A stretch of 28,239 nt of DNA. Source: an uncultured Oligoflexales bacterium. GTDB taxonomy: Bacteria; Bdellovibrionota_B; Oligoflexia; Oligoflexales; JAWKNZ01. This document shows, piece by piece, positions 8,507 through 15,400 of this stretch. Within the stretch, counting starts at the first letter, position 1; every line of letters begins with the position of its first letter. The notes below the pieces were generated by a model. It was given only the letters and a program-made list of their open reading frames with translations. It had not been told where the DNA came from and did not search any database. A program made the translations under genes and the position numbers. The DNA lies in assembly GCA_964490675.1 (NCBI GenBank), contig CAZBDM010000001.1:4826-33064 (forward strand), written 5' to 3'.

Positions 8507-9439
8507 ATGGCTGGAATTGGAATCATAACAAATCCACACTCCAAGTTAAATAAGCGAAATCCAAGAAGACAACAGCTCCTCGGCTACATTGCAGGTGAAC
8601 GTGGGCACGTAGAAATCACCAATAGTTTAGAGGACTTAAAAAGAGTCGCTGAGACTTTTCATAAAAGAAAGATCGCAATCTTGGCCATCAACGGTGGCGA
8701 TGGAACAATAAGCCGGACGCTCACCGCTTTTATCGAAACCTACGGGCAAGACAAGCTTCCAATGGTGGCTCTTCTGCGCGGTGGTACCATCAATGTTCTC
8801 GCCTCTAATTTAGGCATCAAGGGCTCCCCTGAGAAGATTCTCTTTAGGCTCATGGAGGAACAATCGACCAGTAACTTCGGCCAATGTATAAAGTTAAGAT
8901 CGATCGAGGTGGAAGGTAATTATGGCTTTTTATTTGCAAACGGTACTAGTGTTAGGTTTTTGGAGGCTTTCTATAAGAATAAAACCAATAGCTTAGGTTC
9001 TTTTTTTATGCTCTGCCGTCTAGCTTTTTCACGTTTTATTGGCAAAAGTTTTTACAATAGCATCGTAAGAACGGAACCTGTCAGCCTGACGGCAGATGAT
9101 GGTAAGACTGTCAACCACGAGTCGACCTCGGTACTTTGTGCAACCATTGAAAAGATGCCTCTGGGTCCACCGATTTTCTTTGGTAATCGACAAAAAAACG
9201 ACGGTTTTGACTGTATAAGCTTTTTGATGAAAGCCAAGGATGCATGGTGGCGAGCCCCCTTTGAGGTCATCTTTAATGCAGCAAAACAATCCAGTGCCAA
9301 GCTTATGCTTCATTGCCAAAAGCTAAAATTAAAAACAAAAGAACCTTCGCCCTATACACTTGATGGTGAAATTTATTACCCTAAAGAAAATAATCTTCAA
9401 ATAAATTTAGGACCAGAAATTGAATTTGTTATTGTCTAA
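8507..9439 (+). CDS. Diacylglycerol/sphingosine kinase catalytic-domain family protein (YegS/DgkB-like)
   Basis: TNPHS, NGGDGTISRT, GGTINVLA and TLDGE motifs. Start reassigned to ATG 8507 because the track start 8408 overlaps rpoH head-to-head and the family motif begins at MAGIGIITNP. Confidence 0.82.
   Translation: MAGIGIITNPHSKLNKRNPRRQQLLGYIAGERGHVEITNSLEDLKRVAETFHKRKIAILAINGGDGTISRTLTAFIETYGQDKLPMVALLRGGTINVLASNLGIKGSPEKILFRLMEEQSTSNFGQCIKLRSIEVEGNYGFLFANGTSVRFLEAFYKNKTNSLGSFFMLCRLAFSRFIGKSFYNSIVRTEPVSLTADDGKTVNHESTSVLCATIEKMPLGPPIFFGNRQKNDGFDCISFLMKAKDAWWRAPFEVIFNAAKQSSAKLMLHCQKLKLKTKEPSPYTLDGEIYYPKENNLQINLGPEIEFVIV
8522..8530 (-). promoter_or_regulatory. Putative extended -10 (TGtTATGAT) for rpoH lying inside the kinase gene
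   Basis: Best -10-like hexamer upstream of the rpoH TTG; a TTAACT hexamer lies 16 nt further upstream. Confidence 0.3.
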
Positions 9440-9497
9440 TATTGAGAAGCAAAAAGAATCCTCTCGGTCCGCTTCACTACCTGAGGTGGAAGATTCA

Positions 9498-10556
9498 ATG
9501 ATCGCAAACAAAAGAAAAGGTGCCTTGCCACCACCGCCTCCATCAATTCTGTCCGATGCCCTGGGGGTCGGTCATGTTCATACGACTTGGCTTGCTGGCG
9601 ACGGCTCGGACCGCTGTTATTACCGCATCCGAATGGACGGCAGTTCTAAATCCTACGTTCTTATGCAGCTGTCAGGAATCGATGCCGAAGCCCTCAAAGA
9701 GGGTCGATATCATTGGATCGAAATCGCCTCTCTTCTTGAAAAGCATAAGATTATCATTCCAACGCCAAAAGTCGTGCTTGAAGACTATGCCGCAATTGTC
9801 ATCGAAGACTATGGTGACACGATGTTAGAAAAACTTGTCCGTGATCAGCAGAAAGCTCCGCTAAGCGACGAAATTAAAAAACGCTATGACAGTGCATTTG
9901 GTATTTTAGCCAAATTTCTCAGGCTACCCCCTGAAGAAAACTGTATATGGTGTGACCGCGCCTTTGACACGGAAAGGCTTAAATGGGAGCTCGATTTTTT
10001 TAAAGAAGAATTTTTAGAGGCTGTTGCTGGCTGGACATTTTCTCCTTCAGAAGCAAAAAAGTTCAACGAAGATGTCGCCTCGCTAAGTAGTTTTTTAGGA
10101 TCGCATGCCCAATATTTCGTCCATAGAGATTTTCATTCAAGAAACCTGATGGTTCAAAATGGTCACCTTGCCGTCCTTGATTTTCAAGACGCAAGGCTCG
10201 GTCCGCCAGCTTATGATCTTGTATCGCTTTGTTTTGATTCCTACGTACCTTTTTCCTCTCAGCAAAGAATAGAGCTTTTAGAAAGGGGTCTCACAAGCTT
10301 GACCGACACTAGACTCGTTAGTCGTGACGAGCTTGATGCAACTTGGCCAGTCACCCTTCTTCATCGTCAACTTAAAGCCATTGGTAGTTTTGGCTATCTT
10401 ACCGTTAGTAAGAATAGAGGCGACTATCTCCGCTACGTAGAACCGGCATTAAAGACATTAAAAGAAACTGATATTTTTGATGTAAGATGGCCCTTTTTGT
10501 CAAAAGACATACCTGAAAAACTCATTAAAATGCTTGGTGAGCGCCCTTATGGCTGA
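9498..10556 (+). CDS. amgK: Anomeric MurNAc/GlcNAc kinase AmgK (aminoglycoside phosphotransferase fold)
   Basis: GDGSDRCYYR, VHRDFHSRNLM, LDFQDARLGPPAYDLVSL, LKAIGSFGYL motifs; immediately upstream of a nucleotidyltransferase. Start ATG 9498 preferred (GAGGTGG RBS) over track start 9420. Confidence 0.85.
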   Translation: MIANKRKGALPPPPPSILSDALGVGHVHTTWLAGDGSDRCYYRIRMDGSSKSYVLMQLSGIDAEALKEGRYHWIEIASLLEKHKIIIPTPKVVLEDYAAIVIEDYGDTMLEKLVRDQQKAPLSDEIKKRYDSAFGILAKFLRLPPEENCIWCDRAFDTERLKWELDFFKEEFLEAVAGWTFSPSEAKKFNEDVASLSSFLGSHAQYFVHRDFHSRNLMVQNGHLAVLDFQDARLGPPAYDLVSLCFDSYVPFSSQQRIELLERGLTSLTDTRLVSRDELDATWPVTLLHRQLKAIGSFGYLTVSKNRGDYLRYVEPALKTLKETDIFDVRWPFLSKDIPEKLIKMLGERPYG

Positions 10557-11580
10557 AGACCAAAAGAAAGCTGTCGTTCTGGCAGCTGGTTTCGGCACGA
10601 GACTACGCCCTTTGACAAAGAGTATCCCCAAGCCTCTGCTGCCTTTTTGTGGGGTAGATCTTCTCTCAATTATACTTTGGCAACTCAATAAACTCGGTTA
10701 TAAAGATATCGCAATTAACGGCCATTACCTTGCTGAGAAGATTAAAGCGGTGGTCGAAAAAAACCCTTGGCAACAAAAGCTGTATTTTTCCCACGAAAAA
10801 GATCAAGTCTTAGGAAGCGCTGGTGTTTATAGCCATTTGAAAGATTGGCGCCAAAACCAAGAGCTTCTTGCTTATAACGGTGACATACTTAGTGATTTCC
10901 CGATAAAAAAACTTCTTTCAGTACACCAACAAAAAAAACCGTTTGCCACCCTCGCTCTTCTTCAAAGGCCCCTTGAAGGCAAGCGTGCCATCTGGCTAAA
11001 AGAGGGTAGGGTGATCGCTATTTCTGAAGAAGATCCACACGTCAGGGGCGCGACAGCCCACGGGTTTTGTGGGATTCAAATGATCTCAGATAAGCTTGTT
11101 TCAATGATTCCCAAAAACCAGACCTGCGAAATTATTCCAATCTACCAAGATTTAATCGCTCAAGGTGAGATGGTTTGCGGCGTAGTCGAGAAATGTCTTT
11201 GGTACGATCTAGGCACACCGTCTGACTATTTTTCTGCTCATAAAGATTGGATCCTACGGTCGAACGATCTACCTTCAAAACATGATTCATTTGAAATAAA
11301 GACGATTCATAAAAAGCTTAATAGACCTTTTCAACTTATCGCTAAAGGGGAGACCTTCAGGCTTGGAGAGATAAATTTACACGGTCCAGCCTTATTATCG
11401 GGCAACCTGGAAAGTGATCACCCGGTAACAATTTCAGACTTCTCATTTGTCTTCGGTGATCATCATTTTGAAAGACCGATGACGATCAAACATAGTCTTA
11501 TTCTTCCTCATGCCACTTTAGATAAGCCTATTCTTGACTATCTGATCAGGTGTGAAGATCAATCAGTCGCCTTATCATAG
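10549..11580 (+). CDS. murU: MurNAc-alpha-1-phosphate uridylyltransferase MurU-like nucleotidyltransferase with C-terminal extension
   Basis: KAVVLAAGFGTRLRPLTKSIPKPLLP, YNGDIL, WYDLGTP. ATG 10549 overlaps the amgK stop (ATGGCTGA). Product assigned from the amgK pairing. Confidence 0.75.
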   Translation: MAEDQKKAVVLAAGFGTRLRPLTKSIPKPLLPFCGVDLLSIILWQLNKLGYKDIAINGHYLAEKIKAVVEKNPWQQKLYFSHEKDQVLGSAGVYSHLKDWRQNQELLAYNGDILSDFPIKKLLSVHQQKKPFATLALLQRPLEGKRAIWLKEGRVIAISEEDPHVRGATAHGFCGIQMISDKLVSMIPKNQTCEIIPIYQDLIAQGEMVCGVVEKCLWYDLGTPSDYFSAHKDWILRSNDLPSKHDSFEIKTIHKKLNRPFQLIAKGETFRLGEINLHGPALLSGNLESDHPVTISDFSFVFGDHHFERPMTIKHSLILPHATLDKPILDYLIRCEDQSVALS

Positions 11581-12021
11581 ACATGTATAAACCCCTTAAA
11601 AAATTGATCAACAGTGTATAGGCATAGATACTGTATAGGCCAAATGGCTAAGCATTCGCATAATCGCAAAGCAAAAGGCTATGAATGTTCAAGGGAATTT
11701 TTCATCTTTGTTTACAAGGGGAGATCTATCTGTGTGGTCAGGGTAACATCTTAGTCGATTATCTAATAAGCGTTGAATCCATCTACTTGCTAATCTTTGT
11801 GATCAGTTGATCAGTCTTTGTCAAATGCGCGTTCTATTGATCTAAGGCTATCTTTTAATCTCTAGTCTGCATGTTGACGGTTTCAATTTCTGCTTACTTG
11901 ATTCTAAATATGTTTCAAAATATATGTCTTCAAATCTATCTGTAAATTTTTTTAAAGTCTAAAAACAACGTTTTTCTGTAAGAAATGAATATGTTTTTTG
12001 ACTCACATTTGTCCTGCAGCA

Positions 12022-13089
12022 TTAAGCGCGGACGATAGCTTTCATTAAGTCAGCTGTTTTATTTATGTTTAAATGCGTTTTGTAAATCTTACCATCAAGA
12101 CTTGTTGTAAGATCTTCTCTAAGATCTAAGGAAGCAACTTCCACTGAAAGCTCTGAAGCGCTCTTTTCAACTTTGTCGTTCGATGCAAGGGCACCAGCAG
12201 CTACGTAGTAAACGACTTGGCCGGCTGTCAAAACGTCTGGGTTATTGATTTGATCGTTATGTCTCCATAACTCTTTCCACTTTGCGTTTGTACCATAAAT
12301 TTGTCTTGCAACAGATGCTAGGGTGTCGCCAGCGTTAACTGTAATTTCGCCTCTGGTTGCATTCTCATAACTTGAAGCAAATGCGACTGCTTCGTCTGTA
12401 AGTTGGTAATAAACTAAATCGCCTGGGTAGATTCTGTTAGGATTGACAAGCCCTGTTAGTTTAGAGATGTCACGCCATTTAGATTGAACACCGTAAATTT
12501 TTGCAGCGATCATTCCTAGGGTTTCACCAGCCTGAACGATGTAAGGCATTTTTGAGCCGATTTCAGGAAGACCTGGTCCTGCAGAAACACCCGCCATACC
12601 GCCGACATAAGTCCCGGCTGTTGGAGAAGTCCCTGGAGGGTTGATGCCTTCAATCACTCCTGCTCCGCCAGCAACGTCTGCTACCACACCAGCACCGTCA
12701 TCCACTGGAATCATTTCTCCAGCGCCGTTGGCACCCATGTTGGCTTCAACATTTGCCGCCCCGTCATTCATTGCGAGGTTGCCCTCATTGCCCATCAGGT
12801 TTCCACCGTTGTTGGCCAAGGCGTTATTTTCATAACCTTGATTGCCAAACTCTGCTAGGTTTCCTCCTTCTTGGTTGCCGTACTCGTAGCCTTCTTGGTT
12901 AGCATACTCGCCATTCTCCTCATAATCTTCCTCGGAATACTCTTCATCTCCCGCTTGGCCTTGCTGTCCTTGCTCGAGTTCTTCAAGCCCTTGTTGAGAC
13001 TCTTGATCTGAAGCACAGTTGACAAGTCCGAGAGAGAGAAAGAATACGAGAAAGACCATGCCGAGGTGGCGATGGAACCAAACTCTCAT
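12022..13089 (-). CDS. Lipoprotein with acidic low-complexity linker and two LysM peptidoglycan-binding domains
   Basis: Lipobox LGLVNC; LysM1 YIVQAGETLGMIAAKIYG...NPNRIYPGDLV; LysM2 ITVNAGDTLASVARQIYG...NPDVLTAGQVV. GGAGG RBS. Confidence 0.88.
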   Translation of the reverse strand: MRVWFHRHLGMVFLVFFLSLGLVNCASDQESQQGLEELEQGQQGQAGDEEYSEEDYEENGEYANQEGYEYGNQEGGNLAEFGNQGYENNALANNGGNLMGNEGNLAMNDGAANVEANMGANGAGEMIPVDDGAGVVADVAGGAGVIEGINPPGTSPTAGTYVGGMAGVSAGPGLPEIGSKMPYIVQAGETLGMIAAKIYGVQSKWRDISKLTGLVNPNRIYPGDLVYYQLTDEAVAFASSYENATRGEITVNAGDTLASVARQIYGTNAKWKELWRHNDQINNPDVLTAGQVVYYVAAGALASNDKVEKSASELSVEVASLDLREDLTTSLDGKIYKTHLNINKTADLMKAIVRA

Positions 13090-13220
13090 AATTCCTCCTT
13101 CAATAGTGAACGAAATAAATCATTGTCTACCAAAGTCAATCGACCTGGGCAGACGTCTCCATTAACTATTAAATCGCCCTTTATCCTCCTCTCTCAAGAG
13201 GCAGGCTTTTCCTTTAACGG

Positions 13221-13250
13221 ATTGTATATACGATGATTTTTCTGTGACGA
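13221..13250 (-). promoter_or_regulatory. Putative sigma70 promoter of the LysM gene (TCGTCA-18-TACAAT)
   Basis: Minus strand -35 at 13250-13245 (4/6 match) and -10 at 13226-13221 (5/6 match). Confidence 0.4.
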
Positions 13251-13314
13251 AGTGTGATGAGGAGGTGTGAGTAGGAGTGATCACGAGAGAGTAGGCAGGA
13301 CTTACCTCGTCACA
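13243..13314. repeat. Inverted repeat TGTGACGAAG / CCTCGTCACA (9/10) separated by 52 nt
   Basis: Arms at 13243-13252 and 13305-13314, read directly from the sequence. Confidence 0.7.
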
Positions 13315-13531
13315 AAACCAAAACCTTCGCCCATAGTAATAGCCTTGTTTTCAAGGTTGTAAGACAGGAGTCTTGTCAGGCCCGTGTAGGTTTTCATCAT
13401 ACGGTAAAACTTTTGCCGGGCTTTCTTTATGCCATTTTCCCCCCTCAAAAATCTTCCTATATCTGACCTTTGAAAAGCTTTGATAAAGTTTCTTTTCTTG
13501 CAATTTTACCGCATCAAAAAAACCGGCTTCA

Positions 13532-13561
13532 TTGACCGTTAAAGAATATAACCGCTATCAT
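13532..13561 (+). promoter_or_regulatory. sigma70 promoter of the dcw operon (TTGACC-18-TATCAT)
   Basis: 5/6 matches to both hexamers, about 115 nt upstream of mraZ and just upstream of the MraZ boxes. Confidence 0.65.
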
Positions 13562-13572
13562 TGAATTAGCAG

Positions 13573-13598
13573 GTGGGGGAAAGTGGGACAAAGGGGAA
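13573..13598 (+). promoter_or_regulatory. MraZ-binding direct repeats (GTGGGG-N4-GTGGGA-N4-GGGGAA)
   Basis: Three G-rich units with exact 10-bp period directly downstream of the promoter. Matches the established TGGG/GTGG MraZ operator architecture. Confidence 0.75.
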
Positions 13599-13677
13599 GC
13601 CTTTCCCAATCTGACAGACCCCCAAAAAAACACTGATCCAAACGAAAATTCTTCATCGCGGAAAAAGGTTCAAGAAG

Positions 13678-14127
13678 TTGTTTAGAGGAAGCTTTGATCA
13701 CAATCTTGATGACAAAGGTCGCCTAGCGATACCGGCAGCCTTTCGCAAGCTTCTTCAAAAAGATAGCGAGCCCGCCACACTTATCATTACAAACTTTGAT
13801 CAATGCCTTGTCGCCTATGATCTTGAAAAGTGGCAGAAACTTGAAGAAAAATTGGCAGCTCTGCCGCAGTTTGACCCAAAGGTCGTCGCCTTTCAGAGAT
13901 ACTTTATTGCTGGAGCAGTCGAGTGTCCTATTGATAAAGCGGGAAGAATTCTGATTCCGCAAAACCTTAGACAGTTTGCTGGGATATCAAGGGAATCAGT
14001 GATAGTTGGTAATTTAACTAAATTTGAAATATGGTCCAAAGATCGTTGGGAGAGAACTCTTGATTCTCTTTCAGACAACATCACTAACCTCGCTAGTTCA
14101 ATGGGCGATCTTGGGATCAGTTTGTAG
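13678..14127 (+). CDS. mraZ: Division/cell wall cluster transcriptional repressor MraZ
   Basis: MFRGSFDHNLDDKGRL, IDKAGRILIP, VIVGNLTKFEIWS; TTG start. Confidence 0.97.
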   Translation: MFRGSFDHNLDDKGRLAIPAAFRKLLQKDSEPATLIITNFDQCLVAYDLEKWQKLEEKLAALPQFDPKVVAFQRYFIAGAVECPIDKAGRILIPQNLRQFAGISRESVIVGNLTKFEIWSKDRWERTLDSLSDNITNLASSMGDLGISL

Positions 14128-14130
14128 CCA

Positions 14131-15108
14131 ATGTCAGAAGAATGGAAAGTCCACAAACACATTAGTGTTCTAAAATACGAGCTTGTCGAAAGTTTAAACC
14201 TCTCAGCTGGCCAGACCGCTGTCGACTGCACGGCCGGGTGGGGGGGTCATACGGAAGTCATGCTCGAAAAGCTTGGCCCCCATGGAAAGGTGATTGCTTT
14301 TGATCAGGATCCATGGGCCATTTCAAAACTTAACGAAAGATTTTCCGCTGCTATTAAAGATAAGAGACTTATTGTGATAAACGCCGCTTTTTCATCTATT
14401 GCAGAAAGTTTAAAAGATCATTCGATTGATCATATCTCTGCCATTGCTGCTGATCTTGGCGTTTCTAGTCCTCAGCTTGACTCAAAAACAAGAGGTTTTT
14501 CTTTCATGAAAGAAGCGCCTCTTCATATGCGAATGGATTCTGATAACGCAAAAGACACGGCTGAAACGATTGTAAACCATTTAAGTGAAGAAGAACTTAG
14601 CGATATCTTCTTTACTTATGGAGAAGAGCCTAAAGCAAGGTTTATCGCAAGAGCGATCGTAGCGAAAAGAGCCGAGAAACCGATCAAAACAACAACAGAA
14701 CTAGCTGAAATCATAAAAGGTGCAATTTTTTATTCGAAAAAAAGCAAAAAACATCCTGCCACAAAGGCTTTCCAAGGCTTGAGGATTTACCTTAACGATG
14801 AGCTCGGTGAGCTCAAAAAATTGATCGAAAGTGGATTTTCTGTTCTAGAAAAAAAAGGCCGCATGGCGATCATAAGTTTTCATTCACTTGAAGACCGTAT
14901 CATAAAGCAAAGATTTAAGGCTCTTTCAGGCCGAGGTCCAAAAAATGAGATTTTAAAAGGTCTCCCACTCACTGAAAAAGAAATTGCATCAAGCGATCGC
15001 TCCTCCGGGCAAATTATAAAACCATTTCCACTTTGTCCTAGTGAACAGGAAGTTAGCGACAACCCAAGAGCTCGTAGCGCAAAATTGAGAGTTATCGAAA
15101 AAAAATAA
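14131..15108 (+). CDS. rsmH: 16S rRNA m4C1402 methyltransferase RsmH
   Basis: DCTAGWGGH, DLGVSSPQLD, HPATKAFQGLRI, ISFHSLEDR, NPRARSAKLR. Confidence 0.97.
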   Translation: MSEEWKVHKHISVLKYELVESLNLSAGQTAVDCTAGWGGHTEVMLEKLGPHGKVIAFDQDPWAISKLNERFSAAIKDKRLIVINAAFSSIAESLKDHSIDHISAIAADLGVSSPQLDSKTRGFSFMKEAPLHMRMDSDNAKDTAETIVNHLSEEELSDIFFTYGEEPKARFIARAIVAKRAEKPIKTTTELAEIIKGAIFYSKKSKKHPATKAFQGLRIYLNDELGELKKLIESGFSVLEKKGRMAIISFHSLEDRIIKQRFKALSGRGPKNEILKGLPLTEKEIASSDRSSGQIIKPFPLCPSEQEVSDNPRARSAKLRVIEKK

Positions 15109-15124
15109 TAGGGGATTAACAGTT

Positions 15125-15400
15125 ATGCTTTTAAGGCAATGTAAAAGACCAAGACTTTTTTTCTATTTTAGTCTTTCCGCAATTCTTATGACGACTCTTT
15201 TTCAAGTTCACGTAAGGATTCAGTCAACGATTGTCGGCTATGAGTTAGGACGATTAAAATCAGAAGAAAAAAGACTCTTAGAACAAAGAGGTAATCTCAA
15301 GATGGAGCTTGCAAAGCTAACGACAAAAAGAAATCTTTCTCTTTTCGCAGAGAGTGACGATCAACTAGAATCACCAATTGGATCAGTGGCAGCCCATTGA
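15125..15400 (+). CDS. ftsL: Cell division protein FtsL-like
   Basis: 91 aa; basic N-terminus, one TM, then GYE and a coiled coil; canonical position between rsmH and ftsI. Confidence 0.7.
   Translation: MLLRQCKRPRLFFYFSLSAILMTTLFQVHVRIQSTIVGYELGRLKSEEKRLLEQRGNLKMELAKLTTKRNLSLFAESDDQLESPIGSVAAH

Noticed and set aside
11830-12021. Possible read-through or pseudogene tail after the LysM stop (a 36-codon open stretch TLKKFTDRFEDIYFETY...)
   Set aside because: It is flanked by multiple stops with no start or recognisable motif; an open stretch this long can arise by chance.
13090-13215. c-di-AMP (ydaO) riboswitch ahead of a LysM gene
   Set aside because: The hallmark GCUGAAUCC and downstream conserved segments are not present; only an Rfam scan could exclude a remote variant.
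13420-13434. GG-N10-GC (TGGCATAAAGAAAGC) on the minus strand as a sigma54 promoter for the LysM gene
   Set aside because: The -12 element is AAGC rather than TTGC, and a better sigma70 candidate exists closer to the gene.
13577-13596. GAAAGTGGGACAAAG resembles the c-di-GMP-I riboswitch core (GAAA...GGGACGCAAAG)
   Set aside because: No upstream GGCAAAC, the GC of GACGCAAAG is missing, and the 10-bp periodic MraZ boxes explain the sequence.
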